Virus record (IMG/VR): IMGVR_UViG_3300007151_000001
Span: 32,352-96,351 of that record
Direction: 5' to 3' (one strand)
DNA length: 64,000 nt
DNA from: a virus
Lineage: Duplodnaviria; Caudoviricetes
Within the stretch, counting starts at the first letter, position 1. Every line of letters starts with the position of its first letter. Shown piece by piece: positions 47,776 to 56,089 of this stretch. A program made the translations under genes and the position numbers. A model generated the notes under the pieces. The model had not been told where the DNA came from, did no database searches, and saw only the letters and a program-made list of their open reading frames with translations.

Positions 47776-48141
47776 ATGATCGAACTGACGGCGCAGGCGG
47801 CGGACCGCTTGCAACGGGTACTCGCAGAGCAAGGGAAAGCGCCGGCGACGGGATTGCGGGTGTTCGTGAAGGGCGGCGGCTGCGGCGGCTTGCAGTACGG
47901 CATGACGTTGGAAGACACGGAACGCCCCGGCGATACGCAGGCGGAACAACACGGCCTGGCCGTGTACGTGGACATGATGAGCCTGCCGCATCTGCAGGGG
48001 GCCCGGATCGATTATGCGGACTCGCTGATGGGCGGCGGGTTCCACATCGAAAACCCCAACGCGGTCAGCACGTGCGGATGCGGATCGAGTTTTCGTACGG
48101 CGGGCAGCGAGACGGGGGACGAAGGGTCGTGCGGCGGCTAG
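47776..48141 (+). CDS. HesB/IscA/ErpA A-type Fe-S cluster carrier
   Basis: LRVFVKGGGCGGLQYGM and NPNAVSTCGCGSSF motifs. Confidence 0.95.
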   Translation: MIELTAQAADRLQRVLAEQGKAPATGLRVFVKGGGCGGLQYGMTLEDTERPGDTQAEQHGLAVYVDMMSLPHLQGARIDYADSLMGGGFHIENPNAVSTCGCGSSFRTAGSETGDEGSCGG

Positions 48142-48332
48142 GATTGCCTAGACGCACGAAATCCGGCCCGTAGCGAGCGTTGGCGGGAAAAGACGACCTT
48201 GTGGTAAGGTAAGCGCATTGTTCGCTCCCACACAGGAGATATGCGTATGCCACGTTTTACCGACTGGACTTGCGGGTGCTTCTGGCTCTGCCTGGGCATC
48301 TGCGTCGTCGTCGCCGCCGTGATGTATCTGTA

Positions 48333-48539
48333 ATGCGGGGTCTGTTGCTGGCGGCGGCGGTGCCCCTGGGGTCTCTCGTCTGGCTTTGGCAGAGGGTCCT
48401 GATGCACACGCTGTACGTGCAGTTGGGCGATGTGTTTCTGCGCACCCGGTATCACATGGCAGTAGGGGATGCCGAGTACGTATCGCCGCTCTGGCCGTTG
48501 CTGTACGTAGTGTTCTTGGACGTGCTGTGGCCTTGGTGA
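48333..48539 (+). CDS. Small membrane protein
   Basis: Two hydrophobic segments; coupled by TAATG/TGATG overlaps to tiny hydrophobic ORFs on both sides. Confidence 0.4.
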   Translation: MRGLLLAAAVPLGSLVWLWQRVLMHTLYVQLGDVFLRTRYHMAVGDAEYVSPLWPLLYVVFLDVLWPW

Positions 48540-48843
48540 TGTATTGGATATGGCCGCTTTGGACCTGGCTGGACAACCTCGGCGCCGGGTTCGGTTTCGA
48601 TCCGCTGTTCTTCCAGCTGATGCCGGTCTTGGTGTATATTCTCTGGGAGCGGGTCTGGTTTCACTGGCCGGAGCACCGCCTATAAATCGACCTTACCTTT
48701 TGATCAGGGCGTCCTAGGCGTCCTGGCGGCGGCCTCGGATCACCGGGGCCGCTGTCGCGTCTGTGTTATACTGTGGCATCCACAAAAAAGGCGACGAGTC
48801 CGTGAGATGACCCGCCGCCGCACAGACACGAAAGAAGGGTTCC

Positions 48844-50199
48844 GTGCCTGCCGCCTCCAGTATAGTTGAAGACACCAAGCCTCGCACTTTACGCTTGCGC
48901 TTGTTGCCGGGCACCCGTGCCAACGGCGAATACTTGGCGGGCTTGGCTGGGGCCAATCGCGCCGTCTGGAACCACTTCGTAGCCCTGAACCAAGAACGGT
49001 CTCGTCATCACCGCAACTGGCGGGATTACCGTATCGGCCCAGAACCAGCCCCGCCGCAATACCGTCGCTATTCCATGCAAAAAGAATTCACGCAGTTGCG
49101 GCGGGAATGGCCTTGGTTGCAGAAATACAGCAGCGACGAAGTCCGATATTGCCTGAAGTATCTGGAAGACACATACAAAGCCCATTTCAAGGACCCGGAA
49201 GAAAAGGGGTGGCCGAAATTTAAAGCCAAACATTTTGCGACGCCTGCCTTCACGGTTTCTCAAGGCAAGATCCAATCTGGGTGTCTGTGGATCCCCAAAT
49301 GCGGTTGGATGCGCCTGCAAGGGGAGCGGCTGTATGCCGGCTGTCAGGTCAAGACCGTGCGGGTACGGCAAGAAGGCTCGCCCCAGAGGCCCAAGTGGTA
49401 CGCCTATGTCTGCTATGACGTTCCTGTGTCCCAACTTCGTCAGGGAGCGCAGACAGGCATCGTGGGGGTCGACCGCGGCGTTACCGATGCCCTGATGGAC
49501 AGCTGCGGCGAGGCGTATCGGATGCCGGACGTATCCCGCCTGGAAGCCAAGAAGAGACGCTACGAACGCATCAAGTCACGGCGGCGCAAAGGGTCGGCGC
49601 GCCGAAGACGTATCGTAGGTCGTCTGGCCAAGATCCATCGCAAGATACGGCGGATCCGGGATACGGCCACGCACCTACACAGTCGCCAGTTGGCGGACAA
49701 GGCGCATACCATCGTCTTCGAATATCTGAAAATCAAGCAGATGACGAAATCTGCGAAAGGCACGCAAGCCGATCCCGGCCAGAACGTCAAAGCCAAGGCC
49801 GGCCTCAATCGTGAAATTCTGGCCGCCGGATGGGGCGGGACGGTTGCCAAGACGTCGTACAAGGCGGGGCGGGTCTTGCAAGTCCCGGCTGCCTATACCA
49901 GTCAAACCTGCAGCCGTTGCGGCTGCGTAGCGAAGGAGAGTCGCCAGGGGAAACGATTTCGGTGTATCGATTGTGACTTCATGGCAGACGCCGATCAGAA
50001 TGCGTCTGTCAACATCGAGCGATTGGGAAGAGAACAATTGATCGCTCAGGGCATTCCTAGGGATGCTGTTTGGCCCATGTCGCGGGGGCCGCTGCCCAGG
50101 GAGAGGCGTTCTCGTCAGAGACCTCGACGATCTGCGGAACCAGTTGTTCAACCAGACCAACCGACCAACCTTGTCCAGCGGTCGTTATGGTTTGGCTGA
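48844..50199 (+). CDS. tnpB: CRISPR-associated TnpB-like RuvC nuclease 1 (451 aa; nascent type V)
   Basis: RuvC-I VGVDRG, RuvC-II VFEYL..KQMTKSAKG, Zn-finger SQTCSRCG...CIDC, RuvC-III ADQNASVNI; the array starts after a single base following the stop. Confidence 0.9.
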   Translation: MPAASSIVEDTKPRTLRLRLLPGTRANGEYLAGLAGANRAVWNHFVALNQERSRHHRNWRDYRIGPEPAPPQYRRYSMQKEFTQLRREWPWLQKYSSDEVRYCLKYLEDTYKAHFKDPEEKGWPKFKAKHFATPAFTVSQGKIQSGCLWIPKCGWMRLQGERLYAGCQVKTVRVRQEGSPQRPKWYAYVCYDVPVSQLRQGAQTGIVGVDRGVTDALMDSCGEAYRMPDVSRLEAKKRRYERIKSRRRKGSARRRRIVGRLAKIHRKIRRIRDTATHLHSRQLADKAHTIVFEYLKIKQMTKSAKGTQADPGQNVKAKAGLNREILAAGWGGTVAKTSYKAGRVLQVPAAYTSQTCSRCGCVAKESRQGKRFRCIDCDFMADADQNASVNIERLGREQLIAQGIPRDAVWPMSRGPLPRERRSRQRPRRSAEPVVQPDQPTNLVQRSLWFG

Positions 50200-50200
50200 A
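50078..50200 (+). ncRNA. omegaRNA/tracr-like scaffold overlapping the 3' end of nuclease 1
   Basis: GGGGCCGCTGCC...GAGG-CGT-TCTC-GTCA-GAGA-CCTC...GGAAC nested hairpin resembling TnpB 3'-end RNAs; GTCGC at 50079-50083 is complementary to the repeat end GCGAC. Confidence 0.6.
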
Positions 50201-50433
50201 CCCTCAACTCGCGCACGCGCACGAGGGCGACCGTTGCGAATACGTAATCGTCGGGCGCCGTGTAATCGCCCCTCAACTCGCGCACGCGCACGAGGGCGAC
50301 CATTTCCCCCATGATGATGTCGAGCTCGTGCGGCCCCTCAACTCGCGCACGCGCACGAGGGCGACCTGCAGATCCAGCCACTTAGACATCATGCCCGCAT
50401 CCCCTCAACTCGCGCACGCGCACGAGGGCGACC
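50201..50433 (+). CRISPR. CRISPR array 1: 4 repeats, 3 spacers
   Basis: Identical 32-nt CCCTCAACTCGCGCACGCGCACGAGGGCGACC at 50201, 50270, 50335 and 50402; unique spacers of 37, 33 and 35 nt (one less each if the preceding C belongs to the repeat). Confidence 0.95.
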
Positions 50434-50453
50434 AACTCACACAGGAGGACACC

Positions 50454-50663
50454 ATGTGTAACAACCTTTCCCAGCGCTGCGCCTCGTTGCAGGCGCTCAA
50501 CCGGCAGATCAAGGCGTCATTTCGCCTGATCTATTGGCTGACCGACAGGGTCGAATGGGCCAGTGACGACGACCATCGGAAGCTGCTCGAGAAAACGATT
50601 GCGGAGCAGCACAAACAGATCGAGAGTCTGCTGGCGGTGCAACGTCTGTTGTGGGAAGAATAG
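50454..50663 (+). CDS. Small helical protein directly after array 1
   Basis: ACACAGGAGG RBS begins a few nt after the last repeat. Confidence 0.65.
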   Translation: MCNNLSQRCASLQALNRQIKASFRLIYWLTDRVEWASDDDHRKLLEKTIAEQHKQIESLLAVQRLLWEE

Positions 50664-50823
50664 ATTCCGTTCCCTACGCGCCGTGCCCGCTCTCCTAGCG
50701 GGCACGGCGCGTAGAAGACATCACACACAGGAGTAGGATGATGACGTTGGATGTTGGACCCCCGCAGAGAGTCTTGCCGGGAGGGGGCGGCCTTGCGGGT
50801 ATCGAAAAGAGGCGGAAGCAGCG

Positions 50824-51465
50824 ATGAAGGACATCAGCATGCAGAGCGACAACCTCCGAGATTATCTGTTTACCCGTGTTCCCGACAGGGAGGGAGAGTA
50901 TGCGGTGCTGGAGTTGCGCCGCCCGCCGCCCGGCGTGGTCGGCGATCCTGGCCTATATCCTTTTCATGGCCGCGAGGTCGTAGTCGTCGGGGCGGGGCAT
51001 CCCTCGTTACACAGGATTGGCGAAGTGCATCACGGGCCGATGTGGGACGAGCACGGCGCGGAGGTGGAAATGGTCCATCTGTCGGTCTCGACCACGATCA
51101 CCATAGGTCTGGAACCTGCCCCGACGCGCCGCTTGTCGTTCTATAAGCGCCGGCGCCTGCATCACCATAAGCAGCAGTATCACCTCGAGATGGCGTGGGA
51201 CCCTTTCCCGCCCGACGTGCGGCGGAAATACGTATCGCAGAAATGGGGGACGTACTGTACGGGATTTTGCGGGGACTGGGATGTGCAACAGGGTCGGATT
51301 GCCTTGTGCACATTGCAAGCAGAACCAGCCCGACGGTGGCGGGTCTACGACATCACGAAGGCCATGCCGTTGGGCTGGCCGACGGTGATCGAAGAATTCG
51401 TGGGCGGAATGAAAGACTTGCGAGTACACATGGAGCGCACGTGCGGCGCGACCGAAATCGCATAG
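50824..51465 (+). CDS. Hypothetical protein
   Basis: 213-aa ORF in the plus-strand operon; start uncertain. Confidence 0.5.
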   Translation: MKDISMQSDNLRDYLFTRVPDREGEYAVLELRRPPPGVVGDPGLYPFHGREVVVVGAGHPSLHRIGEVHHGPMWDEHGAEVEMVHLSVSTTITIGLEPAPTRRLSFYKRRRLHHHKQQYHLEMAWDPFPPDVRRKYVSQKWGTYCTGFCGDWDVQQGRIALCTLQAEPARRWRVYDITKAMPLGWPTVIEEFVGGMKDLRVHMERTCGATEIA

Positions 51466-51474
51466 GAGCGACCG

Positions 51475-52065
51475 ATGGCCCAACTTCTCGTCACCACGCC
51501 GACGCACGGCCTCGCCCCGCGGCCGCAAGGACCGTGCGACCATCTCTGGAAGTTTCGCACGCTGGTGTACGGGATGCGTCAGACTTCCCGTCAGCTGCCG
51601 TTGCGCTGGGAACGCCAACTGCGCAGACAATACGTCTGTAGTCTCTGCGGCGGCGAAACCCTGGTCTGGGACGGCGCGGACGCGGTCGCCTTCGAGCGCA
51701 CGGTGCGGATGGCGTTGGGCGGCAAGGCGACGGCGGCGCAGGTCACGTTGCACGCGTCTCATCCGACGGTGCTGATCCACGCGCTCTTTTCGATGGGGCG
51801 GCGCCCGGCTTTTCGGGCCGGGTTGTCGTTTGCAGATCTGACGAAGGCGTTGGCGTACTACATCGGCGCCTGTGAAGCCGACGAATGGGGCGCCGACGAA
51901 CACGATCCGCGATTCGCGATCGTCAAGGAATGCTTGCCGTATGCTTACTGGCGCATGGAGACGGACACGGCAGAGACGCCGGCCCGCTTTGTGCCGGAGC
52001 GGATCGAGACGGCGGACGGCAGGATGATCCGCCCGGCGAAAATTCCCAAGGGGTATCTGCTATGA
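51475..52065 (+). CDS. Hypothetical protein with C.H...CxxC Zn motif
   Basis: AGGAG RBS. Confidence 0.55.
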   Translation: MAQLLVTTPTHGLAPRPQGPCDHLWKFRTLVYGMRQTSRQLPLRWERQLRRQYVCSLCGGETLVWDGADAVAFERTVRMALGGKATAAQVTLHASHPTVLIHALFSMGRRPAFRAGLSFADLTKALAYYIGACEADEWGADEHDPRFAIVKECLPYAYWRMETDTAETPARFVPERIETADGRMIRPAKIPKGYLL

Positions 52066-52521
52066 AAGATGGTGTTGACCTGATGGCGGGGATTGATGTC
52101 GCCGCGCTGACGGAGCGGGAAAGGGACATGTTGCAGTACCGCCTCGACAAGTATCGCCGGGAAGCCGTTGGGCATCGGGAGCGAATGCAGGGCGACATGA
52201 GTCCGTGGGCTGACGACGAAGCGACGTTCTGTGATGCGGTCGAGGCTGCGTGTGAGCAGGGCTTGGACGAAATAATGTCTGCCCGCCCTGACAATAATGA
52301 CCTAGCCCCATAGTGTATACTTTGACTACCGAGCGCGAGCTCGTAGCGGGACTCCGTCCCGCGCTCCTGTGTGGCCGCCGTCCGGGGCGCTTCGTTGCGA
52401 ACCGGGCGGCGGTTATTTTTGTGACCTCTCACCAGAAAGCGGGTCAATGCCGGATTGACGTGGAACGGATTGGCGCGGATACGCTGATGGACGACGTGCC
52501 CGGGAAGGAGGAAGCGGCAGC

Positions 52522-52995
52522 ATGAATTGGGACGAAATCGAGGAAGCCCCCACAACCGATTTGCTAACCCGCGGCGGCCCGTTAAGTGCACGGTCCGTCC
52601 AGCTGGGCAAGGCCGTGAACGAAGCCCGGTATTACGCAGAGACCGAAGCGCCGGACACGGCGGATGACGTGCAGGACATCGCAATCTTGGCAGAGCCGAT
52701 TGTGATCATGGCGAAAGAGGTGGGAATTGTCACCCTTCAGATCCCTGCTGAGCATCGAAACCGTTTCAACCGCCCGGAAACCGAATATCGCAAATGGACG
52801 CTCATCGTCCTCGGCGACATGGAGCGCGCAGCGTATGACTTGGAGGCGGCGATCTACACGAAGACGCTGCACGACATGACAGACGCTCTCGAAACGCTGC
52901 GCGACAATCTGGCTTTGGTTCTGGTGGAAGTGAAACGGGAGACCTTGAAGCACGAATTGATCGATGCCGGCGTGGATGTGTCGGATAGGACCTAG
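52522..52995 (+). CDS. Hypothetical helical protein
   Basis: AGGAGG RBS. Confidence 0.6.
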   Translation: MNWDEIEEAPTTDLLTRGGPLSARSVQLGKAVNEARYYAETEAPDTADDVQDIAILAEPIVIMAKEVGIVTLQIPAEHRNRFNRPETEYRKWTLIVLGDMERAAYDLEAAIYTKTLHDMTDALETLRDNLALVLVEVKRETLKHELIDAGVDVSDRT

Positions 52996-53017
52996 GGGTT
53001 GGTGTACAATCACAGCC

Positions 53018-53299
53018 ATGCCCCCTCTCGAACTCGTCGCCGAACACGAATACGCCTTGTTGTGGTTCGCCCTGTTCGGGTTGGCGACGGCGATGGGGCT
53101 GTTCGCCCGCTGGTCCAAGCAGCAAGTCGACAAGCACTTGCTGGACATTCAGGCGCAGCACGACGCCACGAAGACCGAACTGAAGCGGACCATTCAAACG
53201 GTCAAGCAATACCATGACGAATGCCAGCGGGAACGACGGTCCCTGAACCGCAAATACGAGTCCGTGCTGGCGCGCTTGGCGGCGATGCCGCCGGAGTGA
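53018..53299 (+). CDS. Single-TM + coiled-coil protein (holin/spanin-like)
   Basis: One hydrophobic helix then a coiled coil; TACAAT 7 nt before the ATG (leaderless). Confidence 0.5.
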   Translation: MPPLELVAEHEYALLWFALFGLATAMGLFARWSKQQVDKHLLDIQAQHDATKTELKRTIQTVKQYHDECQRERRSLNRKYESVLARLAAMPPE

Positions 53300-53506
53300 A
53301 CGATGTCGGAGCGGGTCTTCTATGTGGCTTGGACGATAGGCGTCTGCTTGCTGCTGGGCTTTGCCGTGCTGTCGTTGCTGCTGCCGGGATGACGATGTAG
53401 TATAATCTACGGCGTCGCCGTTGGTTTTCGCATTGCCGACTGCGATGTATCCTCCGCCGGCGGTTCGCCGCGAGCCGCCGGCACTCTCTTCACACAGGAG
53501 ACTCGA

Positions 53507-54088
53507 ATGGCGACTTATCCCCCCGATCATGAAGGGAACGCCTACCTCGCCGCGCACGGCGAACCCGGCGGGCCGGATTGGGACGTCTCTTGGGCGTCGG
53601 CGCCCTTACGGAAACCGGCCCCTCGGAACGACATCTTCCTCTGGCTGCATCGACAGTCTTTCTTGCTGGGATTGACCCTCGACGCCGCGGACATGCGCTA
53701 TCCCTTGGACATCGTCTGGGCTTTCGTACCGACCGCCGGCAAGGGGTTTGCGCCTGTGGTGTATCTGCGGAATGCGCCGCTGTATCCGGCGATAGAGGCG
53801 TCCCTGCCCCGCCCGAACTTCATACCGGCGCAGTTGAGTTGGCGATTGCACGACCATATCGACCTCGAGAAGTTTCGGGCCGACCTGGTACATCCCTACG
53901 AACTCGAGATCCTCGAAGACACGATGTGCGCCACACTGTACGGGGAACCGGCGGCGTACCCCAACCCCTGGCATGAATGGCCGTTTGCCGAGCGCAAGGC
54001 CAAGGCCGTGGAACGGGTCACGGCGCGCTTCGAGGCGGCGCGGGCCACGGCACAGGCCCAACCCAAGGCACAAGCCCAACTCGTCTGA
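53507..54088 (+). CDS. Hypothetical protein
   Basis: ACACAGGAG RBS; TATAAT at 53401. Confidence 0.65.
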   Translation: MATYPPDHEGNAYLAAHGEPGGPDWDVSWASAPLRKPAPRNDIFLWLHRQSFLLGLTLDAADMRYPLDIVWAFVPTAGKGFAPVVYLRNAPLYPAIEASLPRPNFIPAQLSWRLHDHIDLEKFRADLVHPYELEILEDTMCATLYGEPAAYPNPWHEWPFAERKAKAVERVTARFEAARATAQAQPKAQAQLV

Positions 54089-54343
54089 AAAACTGCATTT
54101 CCTAGGCGCGGCATTGAAGCCCTGTGTTACGATTTCCCCGCATTATCCAAAACAGGGGAGACGGCAGAAAGTAAGGTGGGGCCGCCGGCGCTCTCGGACC
54201 GAATTTCCGCCGGCGGCTCTTTTGTGTTAAAGACAGGCCAGGGCCCGCGGCATTGCGTTGCGTCGAATGCCGGGCCCTTCCCTTGTCTTCAGCACTGTGA
54301 TACAATCCATACAGGAGAGTAGCAGAACACACAGGAGACGGCA

Positions 54344-56044
54344 ATGGCGGTGGGAGCACTAGCGACAGACCTAGGACATCTTCCCCTTTTCGACTATGCC
54401 CGTAGGCAAGCGGCGGGGCAGTCCAGTATGCCGCGGGTATCGCCTGTCTACAGGCCGGTGCGCTACAGGATTTACCCGATGACTTCCGATAATGCCCGGT
54501 ACTGGGAAGAAATCGACGCGGCCCGCTGCGCCGTGCGCAACCGGTGTCGGGCTTTGCGCAAGGCTAGAGCGCGCCTGTATGCGGCTTGTAGCCAACCCGC
54601 GGACGAACAGACCGAATTGCTGCAAGACGCGGAGTTTACCCGCAAGCTGGCCTTCCTGCGTCAGCACTTGGAATTGCTTTGCGCTAGCGCGTCGGGCCGA
54701 AAATACGCAGAACAGCTGCTCGCAGTCCTGAACTGGTTTGAGGGGCACCGTACCGCTCCGGTCCCGCGCATGCCAAGCAACAAGAGACTGGACTCGTGGG
54801 TAGCGTTGTGTGCAGACTTCACAGTGTTTTACGACTGCATAATGCCGTGGCTGAAGCAGTACCCTTATGGTGCGGTGCGGTCGGTGCTGAAAGACATGGC
54901 TACCACCTACAAGAACGCATACGACGACTCCCAGCCCAATGCGCGGTTGCCGAAGTATCACGATCCCGCTGAAGATGGGAAACGGCACAAGGGCTTTACT
55001 TTGCTTGACGGTGCGAAGGTCGAAGACGGGTGGGTGTATGTCCCGGGAACCCGAGACCAGAAAGGGACCTGGCATCTATTTCGCCGGCGCGGGGACAACA
55101 AATTCGAATCGTATCCTATCGGTCCTGTGCGGGTCTGGCAGGAACGGCAACGTGGGCGCAGGCGTGCGCGGTGGTTCATTACGCTGTGGTATAAAGTGCC
55201 GTGCAACGTGCTGTACGCGGATGTCGCAGATACCGGGCTAAGGGGGTTGGATCGAAATTCCGCGGAGGGAGAGACTGCGGCTCCTTATGTAGACAGTACG
55301 GGACATGTCTGGAGTGTGCCGAATACCGAGCGCTTGGAGGAACGAAAGAAGCGCCTGCAACGCAAAGCGGCTAAACAAGAGGGCAAGAACCGCAAGACCA
55401 AGGCCGCGGGGTCACGGAATTGGCATAAGACGCAGGCAAAGATACGTTGCATCGACGCCAAGATTGCCGCGGTTTGGCATCACGCCCTGCAAGAAATGAC
55501 TACGGAGATGAAACGCAACGCTCGGTATTGGGGGATCGAAAATCTGAACTTGCTCGGGATGACTACTTCCGGGAAGGGCAGCGTGGAAGAGCCAGGGAAG
55601 AACGTCAAAGCGATTGCCGCCAAGAACCGGGGGATGAGAGCCGCCCGGTTGGGGAAAGCGCAAGACATGCTGGAATACAAGTTGCCTGCGGGGCACTTGA
55701 TCGGCGTGCATGCCGCCTATACCAGTCAGCAATGTAGCGATTGCGGGTATACGGACAAAAAGAACCGGCTGTCGCGGGCCGTCTTCCGCTGTGGAAGTTG
55801 CGGATTGGAACTGCATGCGGATTGGAATGCTGCGCGGAATATTGCGCAGCGCGCCCTGGAGCAGTTGAAGGCGGGGGACGTATCTGCCGATGATCCGCGA
55901 CATAAGGAAATAGCCAAATTGGCGGTGGCTTTACTGGAGCCGTCGATGTTGGAGGCGCGTGTCACGGCGTCTTTAGGTGGGGATGGTGTCGTGCAATCCA
56001 ACTCCGGTTGGGCAGACACCGGTGAAGCACTGAACCAAGTTTGA
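54344..56044 (+). CDS. CRISPR-associated TnpB/Cas12f-like RuvC nuclease 2 (566 aa) with expanded N-terminal REC region
   Basis: RuvC-I RGLDRN, RuvC-II WGIENL...GMT.SGKGS, Zn-finger SQQCSDCG...CGSCG, RuvC-III ADWNAARNI; phage-type ACACAGGAG RBS and TGTGATACAAT promoter. Confidence 0.9.
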   Translation: MAVGALATDLGHLPLFDYARRQAAGQSSMPRVSPVYRPVRYRIYPMTSDNARYWEEIDAARCAVRNRCRALRKARARLYAACSQPADEQTELLQDAEFTRKLAFLRQHLELLCASASGRKYAEQLLAVLNWFEGHRTAPVPRMPSNKRLDSWVALCADFTVFYDCIMPWLKQYPYGAVRSVLKDMATTYKNAYDDSQPNARLPKYHDPAEDGKRHKGFTLLDGAKVEDGWVYVPGTRDQKGTWHLFRRRGDNKFESYPIGPVRVWQERQRGRRRARWFITLWYKVPCNVLYADVADTGLRGLDRNSAEGETAAPYVDSTGHVWSVPNTERLEERKKRLQRKAAKQEGKNRKTKAAGSRNWHKTQAKIRCIDAKIAAVWHHALQEMTTEMKRNARYWGIENLNLLGMTTSGKGSVEEPGKNVKAIAAKNRGMRAARLGKAQDMLEYKLPAGHLIGVHAAYTSQQCSDCGYTDKKNRLSRAVFRCGSCGLELHADWNAARNIAQRALEQLKAGDVSADDPRHKEIAKLAVALLEPSMLEARVTASLGGDGVVQSNSGWADTGEALNQV

Positions 56045-56066
56045 ATCTCATTCCCAGAAATTGTGA
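55954..56066 (+). ncRNA. tracrRNA-like scaffold with terminal anti-repeat
   Basis: Hairpin GGTGTC...CCAAC-TCCG-GTTGG...GACACC (55985-56020); GTCAC at 55961-55965 complements the repeat end; 56044-56066 AATCTCATTCCCAGAAATTGTGA pairs with the repeat core; duplicated at 16193-16277. Confidence 0.75.
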
Positions 56067-56089
56067 AAAGTGGTTTTTGTGAGTCAAGG

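Noticed and set aside
50070-50453. Track ORF with repeated PQLAHAHEGD peptide
   Set aside because: It is the translation of CRISPR array 1; the real gene starts at 50454 behind an RBS.
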